From Euryarchaeota archaeon RBG_19FT_COMBO_69_17 (GTDB lineage: Archaea > Thermoplasmatota > Thermoplasmata > RBG-16-68-12): 42,787 bases of DNA. The translations under genes and the position numbers were made by a program. Under the pieces are notes generated by a model. That model saw only the letters and a list, made by a program, of their open reading frames with translations. It was not told the DNA's origin and searched no databases. The stretch spans positions 15,303 to 58,089 of the forward strand of contig MGWD01000025.1 of NCBI GenBank assembly GCA_001800825.1, in the 5' to 3' direction. Positions 25,914 through 33,435 of this stretch are shown here, one piece after another; position 1 is the stretch's first letter; every line of letters starts with the position of its first letter.

Positions 25914-25923
25914 TTTGAAATAA
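25914..25923 (+). promoter_or_regulatory. TATA-like box TTTGAAATAA for the prepilin peptidase gene
   Basis: Centred about 26 nt upstream of GTG 25944. Confidence 0.45.
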
Positions 25924-25943
25924 CGAACTCCCGATGCGCCGCC

Positions 25944-26879
25944 GTGGATCCCTTCTCCACCGCGCGCCTCTTCGCGGGGGCCGCCTTCCTTGCTGTCGCC
26001 GCGGGGATGGACCTCCGGACGCGGCAGGTCCCGAACCCCCTCTGGGTCCTCCTGGGCACCCTGGGGCTCGGTCTCGTCGTCGTCGACCTGGCCATGAGCT
26101 CGGCGTCCGCGGAATACTATGTCGTCCTCGCCTCCGCGGCGGGCTTGTTCTACGCCGTGTTCTTCGGCGAGCCCCTGCTCGACGAGGACGGGTTCCACGG
26201 CCGCCGCCTGCGGATCGGCCTCCTCGGCCTCGCCCTCGTCGGCCTCGTGGGCGCCACGTGGAACGTCGTCGCGTCGGGGAGGACGGACAGCGTCGCGTTC
26301 CTCGAGTACCTGACGATGCCCGTGATGGTCCTCGTCTACCAGGGGATGTACCAGGTGCGCCTCCTCCACGGGGGGGCGGACGCCAAGGCGCTCATCGCCC
26401 TCACCCTCCTCGTGCCGACGTACCCGGACCTCGGACCCGCAATCGGACCCATGGTCGTCGACGCTCGGATCGACGCCGCCATGCGCCTCTGGTTCCCCTT
26501 CTCCTTCGTTGTCCTCGTGAACGCGATGCTCCTCTTCCTCGCGATCCCCCTCGGGTACCTCCTCCACAACGCGGTCCGGGGGGACCTGCGCTTCCCCATG
26601 GCCTTCCTGGGCCGCCGGGCGGACCTCGACGGTCTGCCCCCCCACGTGTGGCTCATGGAGCGAATCGACGACCGTGGGGAGCATGTCGTCGTCTTGTTCC
26701 CCCGGAGGGGTCGGGACCGCGACTCGGAGGTGGAGCGCCTCCGCCGGGCCGGGATCCGGCGGGCCTGGGTCCAGCCCAAGGTCCCCTTCATGGTCCCCCT
26801 CCTCGGCGGCTTTCTCCTCGCCTTCCTCGTCGGGAACCTGCTCCTCGGGTTCCTGTCCCTCCTCGGCCCGCGCGGCTGA
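25944..26879 (+). CDS. A24-family type IV prepilin/preflagellin peptidase (PibD/FlaK/EppA-like)
   Basis: Polytopic membrane protein with the two catalytic Asp contexts: GMDLRTRQVPN, and GGADAKAL (a GxGDxK-like motif). GTG start in frame with track ORF 25851..26879. Confidence 0.8.
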   Translation: MDPFSTARLFAGAAFLAVAAGMDLRTRQVPNPLWVLLGTLGLGLVVVDLAMSSASAEYYVVLASAAGLFYAVFFGEPLLDEDGFHGRRLRIGLLGLALVGLVGATWNVVASGRTDSVAFLEYLTMPVMVLVYQGMYQVRLLHGGADAKALIALTLLVPTYPDLGPAIGPMVVDARIDAAMRLWFPFSFVVLVNAMLLFLAIPLGYLLHNAVRGDLRFPMAFLGRRADLDGLPPHVWLMERIDDRGEHVVVLFPRRGRDRDSEVERLRRAGIRRAWVQPKVPFMVPLLGGFLLAFLVGNLLLGFLSLLGPRG

Positions 26880-26935
26880 GGGGGAGGACGAAAACCTGAA
26901 ATAGGCCGCCCTATCTCCCAGGGGCCAGCAGTGGT

Positions 26936-27072
26936 TTGACGGCCAAAGCGGCGGGGATACACCCGGTCCCATCCCGAACCCGGAAGTTAAGCCCGCCCAC
27001 GTTCCCTGCGGTACTGCGGTGCGCGAGCCCGCGGGAAGCCTGCCCTCCTTCCAGGAGGGCTTGGGCCGGCGG
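26936..27072 (+). rRNA. 5S rRNA (core unambiguous, ends approximate)
   Basis: GCGGCGGGGAUACACCCGGUCCCAUCCCGAACCCGGAAGUUAAGCCCGCCCACGUUCCCUGCGGUACUGCGGUGCGCGAGCCCGCGGGAAG matches the universal 5S helix II/III/loop C and loop E/helix IV blocks. The 3' closing strands are not contiguous with the core (see finding). No 16S or 23S is nearby. Confidence 0.85.
27042..27060 (+). other. perfect 7-bp hairpin GCCCUCC-UUCCA-GGAGGGC immediately 3' of the 5S loop E block
   Basis: Read directly from the sequence. It occupies the place where the helix V and helix I 3' strands are expected. Confidence 0.6.
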
Positions 27073-27123
27073 CCTAGGTACGCTAGCCGTCCATCCTTGT
27101 GGTGGACGACGAACCGTGCCGTT

Positions 27124-30100
27124 CTAACGGCCGCCGGCCCTTGGAACGCTGTCAGCCACTCCCTCTTCCTTTTTCCCGCGGCCCCTGGAACGGAGCCGGA
27201 GCCCGATGATCAAGAGGGGGACCGCGAGGACGAACGCGAAGTCCGTGAGCTCGGGGATCGCGAGGACGACGGCGGCCGTGCTCGGGGCGAGGGCGTACCC
27301 ACCGAGGGTCGTGTAGTTGAGGAAGGCCCAGTTCACGATCTGGGTCGTGTTCGCGCCCGCGGCCACGACCGCGGTGAGGGTGATGCTGTAGGCGCCCGGA
27401 GCGACGTTCGTGAAGTTCCAGTAGAACGTCGTCCCATCCGTCCAGCTCGGCGCGGGGTTGCTCCCGGTGTAGGTCAGGCCCGAGGGGAGGCTGTCCCGGA
27501 TCGTCACGGTCCCCGCGGCCACGGAGCCCGTGTTGTTGTAGTAGATCGTGTACGTGACCGTGTCCCCTGCGACCGCGCTCGCCGGGCTCACGACCTTTGC
27601 CACGGCGATCATGGGTCGGACGACGGTCACGTTGGCCCAGGCCTGGCCCGGCTCCATGATGCGCCGGAGCTGGTCCGTGTACACGAGGCGGGCCGTGTTC
27701 ACCTGGGAGCTGCCGTCCGCCCCGAGCCCGTTCACCTGGACCGTGACCGTGAAGGAGTTCGTGGACCCGGGGAGGACGTTCGTGAACGTCCAGCCGAGCG
27801 TGGAACCGGCGACGCTCGAGGGCGCGACGCTCGCCCCGACGTACGTCACCCCCGCGGGGAGCGTGTCGTTGACCCAGACGTTCCGCGCGACCCCGGTCCC
27901 CGTGTTGTTGTAGTAGATCGTGTACGTCACGAGGTCACCCGGGGACGCCGAGGGAGCGCTCGCGACCTTCGCGATCGTCACGACGGGCCGGTGTCGATCG
28001 TTCCCGCGGCCCGGGCTCGGGAGGAGGGATACGTAGAAGTCCGCGACGTCGTTGTTCGAGTCCATCGGCTGGCCCGTGAGGGGGTCCTTGAACCGGGCCC
28101 AGCTCCTACCACTCCCCGCGTTCGAGGAGTACGTCGTCTGGTCGACGACGACGCCGTTCTGGCGGAGTCGGAGGACGTTGTTCCCGTTGGGCAGGGAGTT
28201 CGAAGGGGGGATCGCGACGAAGTACTCCGTCCCGGAGCCCCACGCGCCGAGGACCTGGTTCGTGAACGTGTAGATGACCGTCGCGCGGTTCCCGCGCACG
28301 ATGACGATGTCCCATCCCGAGAGGCTCACAGGGCTCGACGTCGGGTTCGCGACCTCGATCCACTCGGGGTTCGGCTGGGGGGACACCTCGTTGATGACGA
28401 CCGTCGTCGCGACGGCGCGCGGGGCGACGGGGAACGTCGTCGCGCCCGCCTCGGGGCGGGCGTCGTCATAGCCGCGCCGCCAGTCCGAGGCGACGAACAC
28501 GACGCGGTACCCCGCGCTCAGGTTCAGGGCCGACGCGGCCACGCCGAACTCGACCCGGTGGGCGTCGAGGGTTGCCTCGATTGGGCCGACGTACCTCCAG
28601 GGGACTGCGCTGCCCCGCGCGTGTTCGTAGAGGCCGCGGGACACGATCCCGCCGTTCCGCCCCAGGACGACGAGGGCCCGGTCGAAGCCGTACCGCGAGC
28701 CCGCGACGTCGGAGAGGAGGCCCGTCGCTGTCGAGTTGTCCGCGTCCACATAGGCGTAGAGGACGTCCACCCCCTCCAGGACCTCAGGGGCGATGGGGCC
28801 GATGTACCGGGTCACGTTGCGGCCCGCGAAGGGGGCCGGATACCAAGAGGGGATCGTCGTGTTGAGCCAGAGGTCCGACCCCGCGGGGTAGTCGATGAGA
28901 CCGTCCGCGTCGACGTCCCCCGTGGCGTTGTCCAAGACCCCGTCATTGTTGAAGTCGTTCGCGAGGCCGGGGTTCGACAGGGAGAGCTCCACGGAGTCGG
29001 GGACACCGTCCCTGTCCGAGTCGAGGGGCGCCACGCCGGGCGCGCGAACCCGCGCGAGGGGAATGTCCTCTCCGCCCAGGATCCGTCCGTCGACCCGGGC
29101 GTACGCGGTGAAGTTGGCCCCGAGGTCCACGGCCGTCGCGAGGAGGTCCACGTTCGGGTTGTACACGGAGCTGCCGGAGGCGTTGATCGCGTCGCCCAGG
29201 AGGTCTGTCCCGTGGGAGCGGCCGGACCAGTCCCCGAACGCGCCGTCCACGCGGAGGGTCGTGGGCGCGGTCCCCAGATAGGCGAGGCCCGTCTCGGGCG
29301 CCGGGAACGTGACACTGCCGTTCGTCCAGACGCCGCGTGCCTCGAGCCCGAACGTCGACATCGGCGTCACGTTCGCCCAGACGGCCTCGACCCAAAGGAC
29401 CCGGGGGGAGGTCAGGCTCCCCGAGAGGGGGAGGCTGGCCGACGCGCCGATCAGGGGCCCGGATCCGAGGACCGGATCCGACGACTCGAACCGATCGTCC
29501 CCGTCGTCCTCGCGAAGGACGAGGGTCGCGGGGTCCGCGGAGGAGCCGCGGCGGCTCACGTTCAGGCCGTAAAGGTCCGGAATCCCGCCCAGCGGCCGGA
29601 GGGCGACCCGAAGGACGCCGGCGGAGGTCCCCGGGATGACGTCGGGGGCGACCGTCCGCTGGTCCACGACGACCGTCGCCCGGCCCGCCTGGATGGCTCC
29701 GTCCGCGGCGTCCCGCCGCCCTTCGCGGTCTGCGAGGACCACGAGGACGCGGCCCTCGGGCGGCAGCTCGACGTCGGAGAGGAGGACCTCGAGGCTCTGG
29801 CCCGAGAACGCGGCCCGCGCACCGCCCGCGGCGCCGAAACGGCCCCAGTCGTTCGAACTCGGACCACCCGTCGCGTTGAACCGGTACACGCTCGCGCTCT
29901 GGAGGGTGCCGCCCCAGCCGACGAGCTCCGCCACGAGGTCCGCCCCGAGGTCGCCCACGGGGTAGCCCGTGGACCCACGCCCGTCCTGGTCGACGAACAC
30001 GTACGCCCCGTCCGTCCCTTCGGGTCCGCTCCCCCGGAAGAAGAGGCCCTGGACGTGGGCGTAGACGAACAACCCCTTCGTCTCCGTGGCGGCGCGGACC

Positions 30101-31746
30101 TCGAGGAGGTTCACGTCGGGGTTCGCGACCTGGTCCGACGAGGAGTCCGCGAAGGAGGCCACGCCCGACCAGTCGGAGAAGTCCCCGTCGATCCGGAGGG
30201 CGACCCCCGCTTCGGGGGCCGGGGACATGAGGCTCGCGAGGATCGGGGCAAGGACCATGAGCGCGACGACGGCGGCAATCCCGACGACGGACCGGGCCCA
30301 GTGGGCCTGGCTCGGGATCTGGGTGGTGCCATAGCGGCCCCGGCGGCCGTTCGTGAAGCCGTTCCCGTTCACGAGGCCGTTCGTCCGGCCGTCCCGATCG
30401 GACCAGCCGCCGAGGCCGTTCGTCGCCCCCGAGCCGAGGGTGAGGCCGTTCACCGCGCCGTTCGTGAGGCCGTTCACGCGGCCCGACGCGAGCCCGTTCA
30501 CGCGCCCGTTCGTCCGGCCGTTCGTCCGGCCGTTCACGCGGCCGTTCACGCGGCCGTTCGTGCGACCGTTCACCCGGCCCGACGCGGTCCCACGGGCCGT
30601 CAATGCCCCGCGGGTCTGGAGGCCGTTGAGGGCCGTCGTCAGGCTGTGCCCCTCGTGGTGCTCGAGGAAGTCCGCGCGGTCGAACGCCTCTCGGGCCTCC
30701 GGGAGCCGGCCGATCCGCTCGAGGATCTCCCCCTTCGTGCGCCAGGCGACGGCGAGGTTCGGGTCGAGGTGGAGCAGGTCGTCGTAGTGGCGGAGGGCTT
30801 CGAGGAGCCGCGTGTCGACGGCCTTGGGGGCGTCCGTCGCGGCGGGCTGCTTCCACCGAGAGGGGAGGACCGACATGTCGCCCTGGGCCCGGAGGAGGTT
30901 GAGGACGTCGAGGCGGTACTCCCCCTCCTTCGTGGGGTTGAGATCCGCGGCCTTCGAGAAGGCCGCAATCGCCTCCTCGGCCCGGCCGAGCCCCCCCAGG
31001 ATCCGGCCCTTCTTCGCCCAAGCGCGCTCGAGGCTCGGGTCCGCGTCGAGGATCCGGCCGAGGTTGTCGAGCTCCTCGTGGAGCCGGTCCGACTCGGAGA
31101 CCTCGACGGACTCCGCGACCCTCTGCCAGCGGCTCAGGAAGCCCCGGCCGATCCCCTTGTGGCCGTTCGTCGGCTCCGCCTCCGCCTCGGGCCGGCGGCC
31201 GCAGATCGCGCACTCCGAAGACTCCGCGGCGAGATACGCGCCGCATCGGGGACAGAAGGCTGAGGTCTCCTCGACGAACGCGTCGATCCCCGGCAGGAGG
31301 GCGGCCTCCTCGCGGGTGTAGGAGCGGCCGCAGACCTCGCAACGGTCCGCCCCGACCGCCATCGCGGCGCCGCACGTAGAGCAGAGGTGGGAGGGGTGGT
31401 CCTCCTCCTCGAGGAACGCCTTCAGGTCCTCGGGAACCCGAACCTCCTCAGAGCCTTCCTCGAACGCGATCCCGCATACGGGGCAGGAGGACGCCTTCGC
31501 GCCCGCGAAGGAGCCGCACTCGGGGCAGAGGAAGAGGTGACCGTCGTCGTCCCGGCCCGCGCGGTCCCCGAGGACGCGGCCGAGGGCGTCCATGTCGTCG
31601 GGCTCGAGGCCGGGGACGGACAGGAGCTCCTCGCGGGTTGCGGCCCGCAGGTGCTCGAACGAGGGGAAGCGGTCGAGGAGGCGGCGGGCCTTCGCCTCGT
31701 CGAATCCGGGAAGGCCCTGCAGCCATTCGAGGTAGCCCTCGTCCAT
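27124..31746 (-). CDS. 1540-aa bitopic multidomain protein: cytoplasmic (HhH)2, three Zn ribbons, TPR and GRxN repeat; TM helix; extracellular duplicated beta-rich modules, TSP3-like Ca-binding repeats, lamin-tail-like domain, two DUF11-like repeats; C-terminal TM anchor
   Basis: No signal peptide is present.

- aa 8-58: LPGFDEAKARRLL...LLSVPGL.
- aa 73-184: three CPxCG...CxxCG ribbons.
- aa ~215-360: TPR-like helices.
- aa 387-468: NGRV/NGRT repeats.
- aa 484-507: hydrophobic helix.
- aa 518 and 831: repeated IDGxFxDWSG...NPxVxLL modules.
- aa 908-952: D-rich DxDxDGxxD repeats.
- aa 1113-1245: VVINEVSPQPNPEWIEVANP...
- aa 1255-1490: two GDxVTYTIYYNNTG repeats.
- aa 1497-1517: TM helix plus RLRSRGRGKK.

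There are many N-x-S/T sequons. Confidence 0.9.
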   Translation of the reverse strand: MDEGYLEWLQGLPGFDEAKARRLLDRFPSFEHLRAATREELLSVPGLEPDDMDALGRVLGDRAGRDDDGHLFLCPECGSFAGAKASSCPVCGIAFEEGSEEVRVPEDLKAFLEEEDHPSHLCSTCGAAMAVGADRCEVCGRSYTREEAALLPGIDAFVEETSAFCPRCGAYLAAESSECAICGRRPEAEAEPTNGHKGIGRGFLSRWQRVAESVEVSESDRLHEELDNLGRILDADPSLERAWAKKGRILGGLGRAEEAIAAFSKAADLNPTKEGEYRLDVLNLLRAQGDMSVLPSRWKQPAATDAPKAVDTRLLEALRHYDDLLHLDPNLAVAWRTKGEILERIGRLPEAREAFDRADFLEHHEGHSLTTALNGLQTRGALTARGTASGRVNGRTNGRVNGRVNGRTNGRTNGRVNGLASGRVNGLTNGAVNGLTLGSGATNGLGGWSDRDGRTNGLVNGNGFTNGRRGRYGTTQIPSQAHWARSVVGIAAVVALMVLAPILASLMSPAPEAGVALRIDGDFSDWSGVASFADSSSDQVANPDVNLLEVRAATETKGLFVYAHVQGLFFRGSGPEGTDGAYVFVDQDGRGSTGYPVGDLGADLVAELVGWGGTLQSASVYRFNATGGPSSNDWGRFGAAGGARAAFSGQSLEVLLSDVELPPEGRVLVVLADREGRRDAADGAIQAGRATVVVDQRTVAPDVIPGTSAGVLRVALRPLGGIPDLYGLNVSRRGSSADPATLVLREDDGDDRFESSDPVLGSGPLIGASASLPLSGSLTSPRVLWVEAVWANVTPMSTFGLEARGVWTNGSVTFPAPETGLAYLGTAPTTLRVDGAFGDWSGRSHGTDLLGDAINASGSSVYNPNVDLLATAVDLGANFTAYARVDGRILGGEDIPLARVRAPGVAPLDSDRDGVPDSVELSLSNPGLANDFNNDGVLDNATGDVDADGLIDYPAGSDLWLNTTIPSWYPAPFAGRNVTRYIGPIAPEVLEGVDVLYAYVDADNSTATGLLSDVAGSRYGFDRALVVLGRNGGIVSRGLYEHARGSAVPWRYVGPIEATLDAHRVEFGVAASALNLSAGYRVVFVASDWRRGYDDARPEAGATTFPVAPRAVATTVVINEVSPQPNPEWIEVANPTSSPVSLSGWDIVIVRGNRATVIYTFTNQVLGAWGSGTEYFVAIPPSNSLPNGNNVLRLRQNGVVVDQTTYSSNAGSGRSWARFKDPLTGQPMDSNNDVADFYVSLLPSPGRGNDRHRPVVTIAKVASAPSASPGDLVTYTIYYNNTGTGVARNVWVNDTLPAGVTYVGASVAPSSVAGSTLGWTFTNVLPGSTNSFTVTVQVNGLGADGSSQVNTARLVYTDQLRRIMEPGQAWANVTVVRPMIAVAKVVSPASAVAGDTVTYTIYYNNTGSVAAGTVTIRDSLPSGLTYTGSNPAPSWTDGTTFYWNFTNVAPGAYSITLTAVVAAGANTTQIVNWAFLNYTTLGGYALAPSTAAVVLAIPELTDFAFVLAVPLLIIGLRLRSRGRGKKEEGVADSVPRAGGR
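30343..30588 (-). repeat. 12-nt-period tandem repeat encoding about 20 G-R/L-x-N tetrapeptides inside the 1540-aa gene
   Basis: The plus strand shows reiterated ccgttcacgcgg/ccgttcgtccgg units. The translation is GRVNGRTNGRVNGRVNGRTNGRTNGRVNGLASGRVNGLTNGAVNGLT... Confidence 0.85.
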
Positions 31747-31771
31747 GGCGTGGGACGCGTTGGGGCTCCTG

Positions 31772-31779
31772 TATTAAGG
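31772..31779 (-). promoter_or_regulatory. TATA-like box (CCTTAATA on the minus strand) for the 1540-aa gene
   Basis: Centred about 29 nt upstream of ATG 31746. A second AT-rich box (GATAATAC) lies at 31783-31790. Confidence 0.45.
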
Positions 31780-31831
31780 GGGTATTATCGCACGTATCAA
31801 GGTCGCTATCGAATCCGTTGACATGACGCTC

Positions 31832-32533
31832 TCATGTCCGGGACGACCAGGCCGTGAGGTAGGGGTCGAGGGGGAGGTCGAGGACGGCCCGACGCGGGCC
31901 CGCGCCGAGGCGGACGAGGAGGGTTTCCTCGTCCCGCCGAAGGACCTCGGGGGCCAGCCCGTCGGACGAGAGGCGTCGCAGGAGATGCCCGACGAAGGCG
32001 TCGACCCGGGCCCGGTTCGCGTCCCGCTTCCTCGCGAGGACGTCCGTCGGGTAGACGCGGCGGAAGCGACCGTCCTCGACGATCGACACGAGGCCCGCAT
32101 CCGCGAGCTCCGCGGCCATCTTGCTCGCGCTCTGGCGCGTCAGGCCCACGCGGGCCGCGAGCTCGAGGAGGGCGATCCCGGGGGATGCGTGGGACGCGTC
32201 GAGGACCTCGTCGCGCGCCGGCGCGGCGAGGAGCCCGAAGAGGCCCGCATCCGCCGGGTCGATGAGCCCCGTCGGGAAGAGGTACAGCCCGTCCATCTCG
32301 AGGTACCCGTTCTCGAGGAGGTTTCGCTCGTGCCACCGGACCGTCGCGTGGGACAGGTCGAGGACCCGGCCGAGCTCTCCCACCCGCGCGCAGGGCCGCA
32401 AGCACAGGGACCGGTACACGAGCCGCCGCCGGGCGTTCGAGAGGCTCGGGCCCTCGATCTCGAGGTCCTCTCCGGGGCCTTCCTGGGTGAGGGCGGCCTG
32501 GAGGGCACGCCCGATCCGGCGCGTCTCAGGCAT
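31832..32533 (-). CDS. transcriptional regulator with two winged helix-turn-helix domains (ArsR/TrmB-like)
   Basis: 233 aa. First wHTH: RRLVYRSLCLRPCARVGELGRVLDLSHATVRWHERNLLENGYLEMDG. Second wHTH: GIALLELAARVGLTRQSASKMAAELADAGLVSIVEDGRFRRVY. Its ATG overlaps the upstream KaiC-like gene by 8 nt. Confidence 0.8.
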   Translation of the reverse strand: MPETRRIGRALQAALTQEGPGEDLEIEGPSLSNARRRLVYRSLCLRPCARVGELGRVLDLSHATVRWHERNLLENGYLEMDGLYLFPTGLIDPADAGLFGLLAAPARDEVLDASHASPGIALLELAARVGLTRQSASKMAAELADAGLVSIVEDGRFRRVYPTDVLARKRDANRARVDAFVGHLLRRLSSDGLAPEVLRRDEETLLVRLGAGPRRAVLDLPLDPYLTAWSSRT

Positions 32534-33398
32534 CCTGGTACTCCTGGAGGACGAGCTCGAGGACGTAGTCCGGCTTCAGGGTCCGGAAGTCGTCGTCCGT
32601 GAGGCCGTCGAGGGACTTCTCGAGCCGCTCGAGCACGGCCTTCGGGAGGGCGCGGGTGAGGAGCATCTGCCGGAGCTGACTCGGGACCTTCGCGGTCGTC
32701 GGGCGGCGCGCCTCCCCGCCCTCGAGGACGATCCCGAACCCGCGAAGGATCTGGTACGGATGACGGCTCTGGGAGTGCCGGCTGTTCCGACACTTCACGA
32801 TCTTGAGGCTCCGGGACGACGCTGCGTCGTCGCTGTTGTACTTCAGGTGGATCACGCAGTCCGCGAGGTACATCGGGATGACCGTCTCGGGCCCGGAGAG
32901 GTCCGTGGCCCCGTGCTCCTCGAGGGTGCAGAGGACCGTGCCGACCTTGCGCGTCTGCTTGAGCATGAAGCCGATGAGGTCCCGTTGCTCGTACAGGTCC
33001 TTCGTGGACCAGAGGACGGGGGTCAGGGGGTCGATCGCGATCCTCGCGTTGCTCCCCTTCCACTCCGACACGAACGCGGGGAGCTCCTTCCGGATGAAGT
33101 TCGAGAACTCCCGCCCCGACGCGTCGATGAACACGAGGAGCTCGTCGTCGAGGTAGTCGAGGATGTCGGACCATCCCATCTCGACGGCCTCCCGGATGAT
33201 CTGCTCCTTGTTCTCGTCGAGGCTGACGAAGATCCCCTCCTGCCCTCCCAGGAGACCGCGGCGGATGAACTGAGTCGCGAACGTCGTCTTGCCCGCGCCG
33301 GACCTGCCGATGACGACGGTCGTCGAGTTTTCGTTCACGCCGCCATCGAGGAGCGGGTTGAGTCCATAGATTCCGCTCTTCAACCTGTGCACGGACAA
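32526..33398 (-). CDS. KaiC/RecA-superfamily single-domain ATPase
   Basis: Walker A GRSGAGKTTF, a KaiC-like SLDENKEQI block, and Walker B-like ARIAIDPLT. A ~60-aa helical C-terminal extension follows. The start is TTG 33398 or GTG 33392. Confidence 0.85.
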   Translation of the reverse strand: MSVHRLKSGIYGLNPLLDGGVNENSTTVVIGRSGAGKTTFATQFIRRGLLGGQEGIFVSLDENKEQIIREAVEMGWSDILDYLDDELLVFIDASGREFSNFIRKELPAFVSEWKGSNARIAIDPLTPVLWSTKDLYEQRDLIGFMLKQTRKVGTVLCTLEEHGATDLSGPETVIPMYLADCVIHLKYNSDDAASSRSLKIVKCRNSRHSQSRHPYQILRGFGIVLEGGEARRPTTAKVPSQLRQMLLTRALPKAVLERLEKSLDGLTDDDFRTLKPDYVLELVLQEYQDA

Positions 33399-33414
33399 TC
33401 AGCGGGAGGGAATC

Positions 33415-33422
33415 GATAAATA
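33415..33422 (-). promoter_or_regulatory. TATA box (TATTTATC on the minus strand) for the KaiC-like/wHTH pair
   Basis: Centred about 26 nt upstream of GTG 33392 (about 20 nt from TTG 33398). Confidence 0.5.
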
Positions 33423-33435
33423 CGTGCCGACGTGA

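Larger units (their letters stand above)
26902..27076. repeat. 9-bp perfect inverted repeat flanking the 5S core (TAGGCCGCC at 26902-26910, GGCGGCCTA at 27068-27076)
   Basis: Read directly from the sequence. It could form a processing stem around the 5S precursor. Confidence 0.6.

Noticed and set aside
23550-26972. ORFs 23550..25649 (+, 699 aa), 22993..24129 (-), 25626..26972 (-, 448 aa) and 25934..26899 (+)
   Set aside because: They are shadow frames of the APC-Usp permease, GTPase and prepilin peptidase genes. Composition is E/R/G/D/P-rich with no TM pattern or motif.
27042-27060. The hairpin after the 5S core, considered as an intrinsic terminator
   Set aside because: It is not followed by an oligo-T tract, and archaeal termination relies on oligo-T rather than hairpins. 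It is kept as part of the unusual 5S 3' region instead.
27019-31263. 1414-aa plus-strand ORF and the 810-aa out-of-frame minus ORF 28943..31375
   Set aside because: Both lie opposite to, or out of frame with, the 1540-aa multidomain gene, whose frame alone gives recognisable Zn ribbons, TPR, TM helices, LTD and DUF11-like repeats. The shadows are R/G/P/E/D-rich.
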